Shown here one piece after another: positions 47,059 to 56,045 of a stretch of 64,000 nt of DNA. This DNA comes from an uncultured Sphingobacteriales bacterium (lineage in GTDB: Bacteria > Bacteroidota > Bacteroidia > CAILMK01 > CAYYUA01), in assembly GCA_964595485.1 (NCBI GenBank), contig CAZQQN010000011.1, positions 10,669 through 74,668 of the forward strand, read 5' to 3'. The position numbers and the translations under genes were made by a program. Position 1 is the stretch's first letter; every line of letters starts with the position of its first letter. The notes under the pieces are model-generated. The model did no database searches. It was not told the DNA's origin and worked only from the letters and a program-made list of their open reading frames with translations.

Positions 47059-49101
47059 TTAGTCTTCTGGTATTTCTTCATCCACTTTCAGGGCTGGTTT
47101 GGTTTCGTTATCAGCTTTAAGGAAATGGTTGAACCACCGCATCATCCTTATATTGTAGTCATACCGAGCACTTGCTCCATTATAACCATGACCTTCACCG
47201 GGGTACTGGACAAGCCTTACCGGGACATCCGGCTTACGAACCTTTAGATGACGGTAGAGTTCCATGGACTGACCGGGATGAACACGCGTGTCATCTTTAC
47301 CATGAGTGATCAAAAGGGGCGTTTGAGATTTATCAACATGGTAGATGGGGCTACGTTTCAGGTACTTCATCCAATTTCCGTCCCAAAGCCATTCACGGGC
47401 GTGTACCAGGTACATTTCCTGCGGGATGTCTGTTGTGCCCCATTTTGAGATATTATCGCTAATACCAAAATTCATGACACCAGCCGCAAAACGATCTGAA
47501 TATTTGGTGGCCATCCAGCCTGTAGCGTAACCTCCATAGGATCCGCCGGTAATACCTAATTTATCAGGATCAGCAATCCCTTTGTCAATTAAATGATCAG
47601 CGCCGTCTACGATATCATCAAACTCTTTACCCGCTGCATCACTTTGGCTGGACATCAGAAATTCGATGCCGCGACCCGTACTACCTCTGTAATTGGGATA
47701 AAAAACAGCATAGCCTCTGGTGGCAGCAACCTGCCCGGGGTAAATATACCGGGTTAGCCAGCCATTGCTGTAGTGGGCCTCAGGGCCTCCGTGAGCAACC
47801 ACGATCAAGGGTAACTCTGCATCCCCTTCATAGCCTACAGGTTTGATAAGGATGCCTTCTAATTTTTTACCGTCTTCGGCTTTGTATGTGATTGTTGTTT
47901 GTTCACCAAGCTGTACATCTTTCAACCAAGGGTTTGAATGAGATATGCGTTTTGGTTGTCCGCCACCATCTTTGTAATAAACTTCCCTTGGATGATTGGG
48001 TGTATTGACGACAAAAGCCACATCCCTTTCATCAGCGAAGGCGAAACTTTGGTACATCAAGTTGGAAGAACCTGGTTCGAGGATGTAGTCAATTTCGCCA
48101 TCTGGCAACTGTATGGTTCCGTAACTACGTTCAGTCCCTTCACTGGCTATAAAGTGAATTTCTCTTGAATCCGTCCATTTGATCTGTTCAAACTTACCCT
48201 TGAATTCTGGTTTAGGGTTCAAGGTTTCTCCGCCTTGTGATTTAGCGACTATGATCCGGCCTGCAATTACATCATGAATATCATGACCAGCTAATAAAGC
48301 CAAGCGTTTGCCATCTGGACTCCATTGAATATCCCCTAATTTACCTTCATGATTTATCTCAGCTACTACTTCCTTTGATTTAAAATCAACAACTTTAACC
48401 GTTTTACTCATGTAATAATCATCTACTAAAGGAGTAGGTGCCACTGAAACAGCAATGCGTTCATCATTGGGCCCCCATCGGGTTGTATAAATCGTACCCT
48501 CTACCTTAAGGGGTTTAGGTTCCATGTTATCTTTTGATAGATCGGTAACGTAGGCTTTGGTATGGGTAAGCCCTTCTTCAAAAATATCCGCCTCGTAGGG
48601 TAATTTACTATCAGTGTTGCCTTTTTTCTCTTTTGCCCTGAAAACTAATTTTTTACCGTCAGAGCCCCAACTATACCCAGCCATATTTCTTTTAAACTGA
48701 AACAGCTTGGTAGCACCACCGCCATTAACCGGCATTTCGTAAATGGCATTTTTCTTATCACCATCCTGTCGTGTGGTAAAAGTAATTGAATTGTGATTAG
48801 GGCGGAATGCTACATTACTAACATTGCCACTGGTGTAATAGGGTACGGCCTCTTCTGTATCGGTATCGTAAACATACAAGTGAATACTGCTACCCGCATT
48901 TTGCTTCAGCGGATCTTTCTTTTCGGTTTTTTGGTATGCAATGTACCTACCGTCCTTGGATATTTCGACATTGAATACCCTTTCCATTTTGGTAACATCT
49001 TCAACTGTCATACCTGTTTGTCCATAAGCATGGGGTGCGAGACCCAGGATACCGATTCCTGATACCATGAAGGCCATGATTGTTCTGGTGAAATACTTCA
49101 T
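47059..49101 (-). CDS. S9-family serine peptidase (prolyl oligopeptidase / dipeptidyl-peptidase-like)
   Basis: 680 aa. Signal peptide, beta-propeller N-half, catalytic GGSYGGY (Ser), HGKDDTRV (Asp), GEGHG (His). Confidence 0.9.
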   Translation of the reverse strand: MKYFTRTIMAFMVSGIGILGLAPHAYGQTGMTVEDVTKMERVFNVEISKDGRYIAYQKTEKKDPLKQNAGSSIHLYVYDTDTEEAVPYYTSGNVSNVAFRPNHNSITFTTRQDGDKKNAIYEMPVNGGGATKLFQFKRNMAGYSWGSDGKKLVFRAKEKKGNTDSKLPYEADIFEEGLTHTKAYVTDLSKDNMEPKPLKVEGTIYTTRWGPNDERIAVSVAPTPLVDDYYMSKTVKVVDFKSKEVVAEINHEGKLGDIQWSPDGKRLALLAGHDIHDVIAGRIIVAKSQGGETLNPKPEFKGKFEQIKWTDSREIHFIASEGTERSYGTIQLPDGEIDYILEPGSSNLMYQSFAFADERDVAFVVNTPNHPREVYYKDGGGQPKRISHSNPWLKDVQLGEQTTITYKAEDGKKLEGILIKPVGYEGDAELPLIVVAHGGPEAHYSNGWLTRYIYPGQVAATRGYAVFYPNYRGSTGRGIEFLMSSQSDAAGKEFDDIVDGADHLIDKGIADPDKLGITGGSYGGYATGWMATKYSDRFAAGVMNFGISDNISKWGTTDIPQEMYLVHAREWLWDGNWMKYLKRSPIYHVDKSQTPLLITHGKDDTRVHPGQSMELYRHLKVRKPDVPVRLVQYPGEGHGYNGASARYDYNIRMMRWFNHFLKADNETKPALKVDEEIPED

Positions 49102-49155
49102 AGAATTTAATCTTTTAAATGTTCAATTGAGCTTAAAGTGGGTTTTAGTAAAATT

Positions 49156-49163
49156 CAAAAATA
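49156..49163 (-). promoter_or_regulatory. candidate -7 box for the S9 peptidase gene
   Basis: Reads TATTTTTG on the minus strand, 54 nt upstream of ATG 49101. Confidence 0.4.
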
Positions 49164-49338
49164 GCAATTTGATAAAATTTTATTCTCAATATAGGCTAAT
49201 AATGGGATTTAATGCCAAAGAAACCAATTGAGCTTTTGAATAAAAGGAATTTTTGAACAGCTAATTTGCGTGGGGCTATTAAGGGATTAACCCGATTTCA
49301 TCCCGAGCACTATCAAGGTTTTAAACAAGGCATGTTGC

Positions 49339-51582
49339 TTAACGGAAAAACCGGTACAACAGCAGGGGTAATAAAAGCAAATCTGCCACCAATGCACTGA
49401 CAAGCGTAAGACCTATCAAGAGGCCAATGTAATAAGTAACTGTAAAATCGGAGAAAATCAATGTCGAAAATCCTGCTAAGAGAATAATGGTTGTAAATCC
49501 AATCGCTTTCCCGGTTTCCAGGAATGTTTTCTGAACAGCCCTTATTCTCCCTGCTCCTTTCAGTTGTTCAATTTTGAAACGCGAAAGGAAATGGATGGTA
49601 TCGTCTACTGCTATGCCAAAGGCAATCGTAAAAATGATTGATGTAGTAGCTTTCAGGGTAATACCAAAGTATCCCATTACAGCACCTGCAATTATGAGGG
49701 GCATAATATTGGGAATAAACGAGATAAGCACCATTTTCAACTGCCGGAACAATAGCCCCATTAAAATCCCTACGACTAAGAAAGCTATCCCTAAGCCTGC
49801 GGTCAGGTTACCTATCAAGTATTCATTGTTTTTATCAACCAGGAACAATTTACCTGTTATCTTAAAATCAGCGACTGAAGTATCTACATTTTGATTTTTC
49901 CAGGCCTTAATTTCTGTGTAGAGGTCTTCCATATTTTCGGATCCTATGTCCTTCATTCTCCCGGTTATGCGCCCCATTTGCTTATCTTCACTCATGACAG
50001 CGGAAAAAATCGATCTGCCACCTTTTTCAACGAATTCCCCGACCGAGGCCATTTGAGCACTGTCTTCCGGTAGCTTGTAGGCATCCGGGTTCCCATTGGA
50101 AAGGCTTTTATTCACTGTTCGGTAAATGGTTAGGGGGGAGACCAGATGATTAATGGGCTTATATTTTTTTAGATGCTTTTCAAAGGCCTCCGTTTCTTTT
50201 ATAACTTCCGGAGAGGTAACATTGTATCCTGACTTAGGTATAATGGCTATTTCAACGGTTCTTACACCCGCAAATTTGTTTTCAAAAAACCTGAAATCTT
50301 TTCTTATTTTACTATCCCTTGGCACATCGGTAAGCATGTAAACGTTCTGGGATATCTGCGTTATACCATAAATACAAATGCCGAGGAAAATGAATGCCCC
50401 TATAGCGATAGCTTTTTGTCTCCGGCTGATCCAAATAAAAAGGCGGCCCATTAAAGGCTGCTTATGTCTTCCATTACTATGTTGTGATTTAAGTTGATGA
50501 GAGCCAAAATTGACCAACACCATAGTAGTGAAAAGGATAACGGTAAGGTAAGCAATGAAGATACCTATAGCGGCAAATATTCCAAAATTCCTCAATGGAG
50601 GTATTTGCGATGATAACAGAGCCAGGAAGCCAATAGAAGTAGTTAGGGAGGTGAGTAAGGTAGCAAACCCGATTTCCTTGATTGTGGTAGCCATAGCGTG
50701 GATACGGTTTTCTCCTTTATCCAGCTCATCAAGGTATTTGCTTTTGATGTGAATCACATCTGACATTCCGATAATCAGCATCAGGGTCGGATAGAGTGTA
50801 CTCATGATATCCAGTGGCACCCGAAGAAAACCGAGAACGCCAAAGAATAAAACCATCCCGAAAACCACTGAAGTCATGGGAATGACTACCCCTAAAGCCT
50901 TTCGGTAGATCAGGAAAAGAATGAGTAAAAGCACCGCATTACATGCTATAACGTAAAAAATGACCTCCTTTTTAATCTTTTCCACAAAAGTCACCTGGCT
51001 AATGGTACGCCCTGCATAGTGAATGGAGCTGAAGTCAAATGATTCTTTAATCTGTTTAAGGTCATTAATGAATATGGTGGCACTATCCTGTGATAGATAG
51101 GGTCTGGTCTTTACCAAAACCGTCATGGCTCTGGCGTCATCCGAAATTAAATAATTACTCCACCTCGGGTCATTGAAAATTTCCGTGCTATCGGAAGCAT
51201 ACCTTTCCGGCTGTTTATGATGTAAAACAGGGGACTGGATGAAGCCAAATGGCCCTTTGATAGGCTCTTTAATAGTTGTGAGGTTTGTTACTGTTTTAAC
51301 ATGTTCAAGTGCTTCTATGACCCTTGAAAAACTATCAACTTTGTAAAGAAATGAAGAATCGAAGATTGTACTTTGCCGTTCAAGGCCGATTAATAAATAA
51401 TTGTCGTCAGGCTCTAACTTGTCCTCATATTTTTTCAGAAATTCAAGATGGGGGTTATTCGTTGGAAAAAAGCGGTCAATGTTATACTTGAAATTAAGGT
51501 CGAGGAGGTGGTAGGAAAAAAAAAGTAAAACGAAGGCGTATCCGACAATGAAATATCGATTGTAACGAAGCAGGGTTTTCAT
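49339..51582 (-). CDS. MMPL / RND-superfamily transporter (HpnN-like architecture)
   Basis: 747 aa. Two repeats of one TM, a large periplasmic loop and a 5-TM bundle. RND/SSD-type blocks GMSDVIHI and GIAVDDTIHFLSRF. Divergent from the crtD-like operon. Confidence 0.85.
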   Translation of the reverse strand: MKTLLRYNRYFIVGYAFVLLFFSYHLLDLNFKYNIDRFFPTNNPHLEFLKKYEDKLEPDDNYLLIGLERQSTIFDSSFLYKVDSFSRVIEALEHVKTVTNLTTIKEPIKGPFGFIQSPVLHHKQPERYASDSTEIFNDPRWSNYLISDDARAMTVLVKTRPYLSQDSATIFINDLKQIKESFDFSSIHYAGRTISQVTFVEKIKKEVIFYVIACNAVLLLILFLIYRKALGVVIPMTSVVFGMVLFFGVLGFLRVPLDIMSTLYPTLMLIIGMSDVIHIKSKYLDELDKGENRIHAMATTIKEIGFATLLTSLTTSIGFLALLSSQIPPLRNFGIFAAIGIFIAYLTVILFTTMVLVNFGSHQLKSQHSNGRHKQPLMGRLFIWISRRQKAIAIGAFIFLGICIYGITQISQNVYMLTDVPRDSKIRKDFRFFENKFAGVRTVEIAIIPKSGYNVTSPEVIKETEAFEKHLKKYKPINHLVSPLTIYRTVNKSLSNGNPDAYKLPEDSAQMASVGEFVEKGGRSIFSAVMSEDKQMGRITGRMKDIGSENMEDLYTEIKAWKNQNVDTSVADFKITGKLFLVDKNNEYLIGNLTAGLGIAFLVVGILMGLLFRQLKMVLISFIPNIMPLIIAGAVMGYFGITLKATTSIIFTIAFGIAVDDTIHFLSRFKIEQLKGAGRIRAVQKTFLETGKAIGFTTIILLAGFSTLIFSDFTVTYYIGLLIGLTLVSALVADLLLLPLLLYRFFR

Positions 51583-51657
51583 TTGGGTAGGCGGTCAACT
51601 TTCTAAACCTTAAACGCCATTAAAGGGCTAATGTTTAGGGTTAGCCCTTTTGCATTG

Positions 51658-51665
51658 CAAATATA
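51658..51665 (-). promoter_or_regulatory. candidate -7 box for the MMPL transporter gene
   Basis: Reads TATATTTG on the minus strand, 75 nt upstream of ATG 51582. A TTG lies 21 nt further upstream inside the CAATATTG palindrome. A 9-bp hairpin (51622-51650) would lie in the leader. Confidence 0.4.
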
Positions 51666-51684
51666 CTATCACCGTTATTCAAAT

Positions 51685-51698
51685 AACAATATTGGCAG
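51685..51698. promoter_or_regulatory. CAATATTG-core site in the MMPL/crtD divergent promoter region
   Basis: AACAATATTGGCAG. Nearly identical to GAACAATATGGCAG at 55654-55667 (one nt shorter). Confidence 0.3.
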
Positions 51699-51791
51699 TA
51701 AAAATGGCGCAGGGAAAGAAAGAACCCGTAATAAGCCAAATTAAGCTAAACAAAATGTGTTTCCTTTGTTTTGTAAACCAAAAAATTAAGC

Positions 51792-53294
51792 TTGGCTGAT
51801 TATTCTAATGACAAAGCAATTGTAATTGGCGCTGGTATCGCTGGCCTGGCATCTGCCATCCGTTTAAAAACAAAAGGATGGGAAGTTGAAGTTTATGAAA
51901 AGAACCGCAAACCAGGTGGTAAAGTTGGTGAGTTCGAAACCAATGGCTTCCGCTTTGACACCGGTCCTTCATTGTTTACTTTACCCGAGCTTGTGGATGA
52001 TCTGTTTTACATGGCCGGAAAAGATCCAAGGGATTATTTTGATTACAACTTATTGGAAGCCGGTACTACCTATTTTTATGAAGATGGCACTATTCTAGCT
52101 CCAGGCCCTGAAAAAGAAAGCTTGATCCAGTCGATAACGGAAAATACGCAAGAAGATGCTGATAGTATAAGGGATTTTTTAAATAAAAGTGAGGAGAAAT
52201 ATGAAATTACGAAACCTGTATTTCTTGAATCATCACTGCATAAAAGGGCTACTTACCTGAAAAAATCTACCTTAAAAAGGTTCTTGAAATTGCCCAGGCT
52301 TGAAGCCTTGAAAACAATGGCCAACGCTAACCAAAAGCAATTCCGGGATCCCAAGGTTCAACAGTTGTTTAATCGCTACGCTACTTTCAACGGCTCAAAC
52401 CCTTATGCTACGCCGGCAACATTTAATGTAATTCCTCACCTTGAGCATAACCTTGGTGCTTACTGGCCGAAAGGGGGGATGTATCAACTTATTGAAGCGA
52501 TTTACCAATTAGGCTGCGATATTGGAATCGATTTTTACTTTGAGCATTCTGTTGAAAGGATTATCATTGAAAATGACAATGCAAAGGGAATTAAATTAGA
52601 TGATGGCAATACTATAAATGCTGATACTGTGATCAGTAACATGGACGTACACGCCACCTATCGTTATTTATTGCCTGGTGAGCAGTGGATATCCCGTTTC
52701 CTGGATCAGCCTAGATCTACATCGGCTTTGATATTTTACTGGGGTTTGAAGGGACATTACCCGGAATTGGGCCTGCATAACATCCTTTTTGCCAAGGATT
52801 ATGAGGCTGAATTTAATGGGCTGTTTGAGGAGCGTAAAATACCAGATGACCCGACCACATACATTTTTATCAGTAGTAAAGTGCACGGGGAGGATGCACC
52901 GGAAGGCTATGAAAATTGGTATGTGATGGTCAATGCTCCCTGGAACAACGGACAGGACTGGGAAGCTATGATTAAGGAAGCCCGGGAAAATATCCAGGCC
53001 AAGATTGCCCGTTTAATCGGCTACGATGTGAAAAACGCTATCACCTTTGAAAAAATACGGGATCCAAAGGCGCTTGAAAATGAAACAAGTGCTTTTATGG
53101 GCTCTCTTTATGGCAATAGCGCCAACAATTTGTTAGCAGCCTTTTTGAGGCACCCCAATTTTTCACCCAATATTAATGGGCTTTATTTTTGTGGCGGAAC
53201 GGTTCATCCTGGTGGCGGCATTCCGTTATGTTTACTTTCTGCGAAGATTGCCACAGAACTTGTCCAGGTGCAAAATAATAAAGTAGCCGTATGA
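51792..53294 (+). CDS. crtD: phytoene-desaturase-family FAD oxidoreductase, probable 1-hydroxycarotenoid 3,4-desaturase
   Basis: 500 aa. FAD fold AIVIGAGIAGLASA and C-terminal YFCGGTVHPGGGIP. Assigned as crtD rather than crtI by context (operon with cruF-like, GT2 and acyltransferase genes; a second paralogue sits next to crtB). TTG start. Confidence 0.7.
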   Translation: MADYSNDKAIVIGAGIAGLASAIRLKTKGWEVEVYEKNRKPGGKVGEFETNGFRFDTGPSLFTLPELVDDLFYMAGKDPRDYFDYNLLEAGTTYFYEDGTILAPGPEKESLIQSITENTQEDADSIRDFLNKSEEKYEITKPVFLESSLHKRATYLKKSTLKRFLKLPRLEALKTMANANQKQFRDPKVQQLFNRYATFNGSNPYATPATFNVIPHLEHNLGAYWPKGGMYQLIEAIYQLGCDIGIDFYFEHSVERIIIENDNAKGIKLDDGNTINADTVISNMDVHATYRYLLPGEQWISRFLDQPRSTSALIFYWGLKGHYPELGLHNILFAKDYEAEFNGLFEERKIPDDPTTYIFISSKVHGEDAPEGYENWYVMVNAPWNNGQDWEAMIKEARENIQAKIARLIGYDVKNAITFEKIRDPKALENETSAFMGSLYGNSANNLLAAFLRHPNFSPNINGLYFCGGTVHPGGGIPLCLLSAKIATELVQVQNNKVAV

Positions 53295-53920
53295 TCCAAG
53301 CCCGGCATACCCGGATGGGTAAGCTGATTTTCGATGTCATGGTCCCATTCCTCATCAAACGGCATTTCAGGGATTTTGTCGTTGAGCAGCATGTTGAACC
53401 CTCCCGGGAACGTCCGGTACTTTTTTTAGCCAACCATTTTAGCTGGTGGGATGGTTTTACTCATTACTACCTTAACCAATTGTATTTTGGAAAACGTTTT
53501 CACGTAATGATGCTGGAAGAAGAACTTGAAAAGCGCATGCTTTTCAGGAATGCCGGCGCTTTTTCCGTCAAGCATGGATACCGTAGCGTTTTAGAAACCA
53601 TAGCGTATACTAAGGAATTACTTAAAAATCCTGGTAATTGTGTCCTAATGTTTCCACCGGGGCGTATCCAAAGCCTTTACAGCAATGCTTTTCCTTTTCA
53701 GAAAGGGGTGGAGAAGGTTCTATCGGCTTCCCCTGAGGAACTACAGGTTGTTTTATCCGTAATACTGCCAGAGTACGGGGCTAATGCTAAACCAGCCCTT
53801 CACTGCTACCTTAGGGAATTACCTGAGCCCGCGGATTTGTCATTAAGCAGGGTAGAAGAGGCTTTCCAGGCCCATTACAAGGAAGCGATTGAGCATCAGC
53901 AACAAAAATTCCGGGTTTGA
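53291..53920 (+). CDS. lysophospholipid-acyltransferase-family protein (candidate carotenoid-glycoside acyltransferase, CruD-like role)
   Basis: 209 aa. HX4D motif NHFSWWDG and a PPGR block. ATGA overlap with the crtD-like stop. Confidence 0.7.
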   Translation: MIQARHTRMGKLIFDVMVPFLIKRHFRDFVVEQHVEPSRERPVLFLANHFSWWDGFTHYYLNQLYFGKRFHVMMLEEELEKRMLFRNAGAFSVKHGYRSVLETIAYTKELLKNPGNCVLMFPPGRIQSLYSNAFPFQKGVEKVLSASPEELQVVLSVILPEYGANAKPALHCYLRELPEPADLSLSRVEEAFQAHYKEAIEHQQQKFRV

Positions 53921-55012
53921 ATGGTAGTTTTTGGTATATTGGTTAGCATTTTTCTGTTTATTCGCCTCTTAGTGGTAATTGCTAACAATTGGTCAGGGTT
54001 AATAATAGAAACGCATCATCAGTCGGTTTCAGAAAAACTTGAAATCCTGATTCCAGCTCGTAATGAAGCAGGTAATCTCCCGAGGCTGTTGGAAGATTTA
54101 CAGCAACTTGATACAGAACGATACACTATTCGCGTTCTGGACGACCATTCAAAGGATGGGACAGCTGACATTGTGAGATCTTACCAATCAGTGATGCCCA
54201 ACCTTCATTTGCTAAAAGGAAAGCCCCTTCCCAAAGGATGGTTAGGGAAAAATTGGGCATGCCATCAATTAGGGGAAAGTAGCGGAGAATTATATTTACT
54301 TTTTTTGGATGCTGATGTCCGAATTGATCCAGGTTTACTGGATAAAAGCCTTGTCTATTTAAAACAGCGCAATCTGGCCTTGCTATCCCTTTTTCCCCGT
54401 CAAATACTTCAATCAACTGGGGAGCGAATCGTGGTGCCCATTGTTTATGGAATACTGGTAACACTTTTACCTTTACAACTTGTAGAAAAATCCAGGTTGG
54501 TAAGTTTTTCTGCGGCAAATGGACAGTTTATGTTATTTGATGGGTCTCATTACCGTATCCAACTCTGGCACAGGCTACTTAAGAAAGAAAAGGTGGAGGA
54601 TATTGAAATCATGAAACACCTGAAGCGTAAAGGATTAAAAGGCGCAGTTGCATTCTCCGGTAAAAGGATGACTTGTAGGATGTACCATGGTTTTAACGAA
54701 GCCATTGATGGGTTCAGTAAGAACTTTTTGGCGTTTTTCGGCAATTCTCCTTTCTTAGCCTTTACTTATATAATATTAGGTGCTTTAGGCTTTTGGTTAC
54801 TTATACCCTTTTTTCCCCTTTGGTCTTTTGGAGGCCTGTTAATTGAAATCGGAGTGATTAGGACCTTGGCGAGCCATTTGAATGGATATTCTGTTTTAAG
54901 GCAGGGCTTATTTTCCCCTGTTCAGATGTTTGTGATTGTTTATTTGGGTCTTGTGGCGTTTATTAGACAAATAACCGGTAAGAACAAATGGAAAGGCAGG
55001 TATATCGGCTGA
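53921..55012 (+). CDS. family-2 glycosyltransferase (candidate carotenoid glycosyltransferase, CruC/CrtX-like role)
   Basis: 363 aa. ILIPARNEAGNL, VLDDHSKDGT, DxD (LDADV), C-terminal TM helices. The start abuts the upstream stop (TGAATG). Confidence 0.75.
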   Translation: MVVFGILVSIFLFIRLLVVIANNWSGLIIETHHQSVSEKLEILIPARNEAGNLPRLLEDLQQLDTERYTIRVLDDHSKDGTADIVRSYQSVMPNLHLLKGKPLPKGWLGKNWACHQLGESSGELYLLFLDADVRIDPGLLDKSLVYLKQRNLALLSLFPRQILQSTGERIVVPIVYGILVTLLPLQLVEKSRLVSFSAANGQFMLFDGSHYRIQLWHRLLKKEKVEDIEIMKHLKRKGLKGAVAFSGKRMTCRMYHGFNEAIDGFSKNFLAFFGNSPFLAFTYIILGALGFWLLIPFFPLWSFGGLLIEIGVIRTLASHLNGYSVLRQGLFSPVQMFVIVYLGLVAFIRQITGKNKWKGRYIG

Positions 55013-55014
55013 GA

Positions 55015-55635
55015 ATGATCGCTATAGTCGCTTTATTCGTTCTTCACGGCGTGGGTTTGTGGGGTTTTAGTAACCCACAGTGGCAAACTTATTTTCGCGA
55101 ATTAACGCCCTACCATTTGTTAATTACGGCGGTCATTACCCTTTTTTTTCACCAACCCTGGGATAGACGGATTGCTATATTTTTAGTAAGCATTGGAATA
55201 CTTGGTTGGGTAATTGAAGTGTTTGGTGTTCACTCAGCATGGGTTTTTGGTGCATATCATTATGGAAAAGTTTTGGGTTGGGCTCCTGCAGGTGTTCCCC
55301 TTTTGATAGGTTTGAATTGGGCCATTCTTGTTTATGCCATAGGCATGATATTATTGACGATTCCCTTTCCGGATTGGGTTAAGGCAGGTATTGGAAGTAC
55401 TACCTTGATAGCTTTTGATATGGCATTAGAAAAATTTGCAGTAAGTAAAGGGCTTTGGATATGGGAAGCAGATGCCATTCCTTTCCAAAATTACATAGGC
55501 TGGTTTATCATATCTTTTTTATTTTTATTGGTTTTCTTCAGAATGAGGTTCCCGGTAAGGAATCCATTAGCCTTACCATTCATGCTGATACAGGCCATTT
55601 TTTTCTATATCGGATGGTTCACTGGTATATGGTAA
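55015..55635 (+). CDS. cruF: carotenoid biosynthesis membrane protein (DUF422 / CruF-like carotenoid 1',2'-hydratase family)
   Basis: ~206 aa polytopic membrane protein with GWVIEVFGV..AWVFGAYHYG and NYIGWF blocks. The start is either ATG 55015 or ATG 54988, which would overlap the GT2 gene by 25 nt. Confidence 0.65.
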   Translation: MIAIVALFVLHGVGLWGFSNPQWQTYFRELTPYHLLITAVITLFFHQPWDRRIAIFLVSIGILGWVIEVFGVHSAWVFGAYHYGKVLGWAPAGVPLLIGLNWAILVYAIGMILLTIPFPDWVKAGIGSTTLIAFDMALEKFAVSKGLWIWEADAIPFQNYIGWFIISFLFLLVFFRMRFPVRNPLALPFMLIQAIFFYIGWFTGIW

Positions 55636-55653
55636 CATTTATCAAAAAATGTA

Positions 55654-55667
55654 GAACAATATGGCAG
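55654..55667. promoter_or_regulatory. degenerate copy of the AACAATAT(T)GGCAG site just after cruF
   Basis: GAACAATATGGCAG, 19 nt after the cruF stop codon. Confidence 0.25.
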
Positions 55668-56009
55668 ATCTTTTAAACAATTGGCTTTAACCTGGAAAAA
55701 ATGATTAACCCTTTCAATAATTTTAGCTCTTTACCAACGTTAAAGCTTATATACAAATTTTGAGGTGATTAGGAGCCAAGAGTAAATTGTAGCCTTCATT
55801 TCAGATGCTACCAACAGATTAAAAGAAAAAATAATGATAATACGGTAAGATTTATAGGAATTTTTCACTTTTGCATTTTCAAATCTTATTAAGTAAAGTA
55901 AAAGCTTATTCAAGCTGCAATCAAAATGTAGCATTACCTTATGAGCGCAAATTCTGTTTATTGAATGTCAGTATTTTATGTAGTTGTTTATTTTTAGAAG
56001 CTTATTATT

Positions 56010-56023
56010 GAACAATATTGTTC
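56010..56023. promoter_or_regulatory. perfect 14-bp palindrome, candidate operator upstream of the CarH-like gene
   Basis: GAACAATATTGTTC, 22 nt upstream of TTG 56046. It shares the CAATATTG core with 51688-51695 and 46940-46947. Confidence 0.35.
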
Positions 56024-56045
56024 TAAAAAAGTTAATCCTAAAAAG

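Noticed and set aside
55740-55934. 64-aa minus-strand ORF in the cruF / CarH-like spacer.
   Set aside because: It lies in a visibly very AT-rich region (GC not counted), and the I/L/K/F/S-rich translation is typical of random AT-rich DNA. No -7 box precedes it. It is treated as non-coding; see the finding on the spacer.
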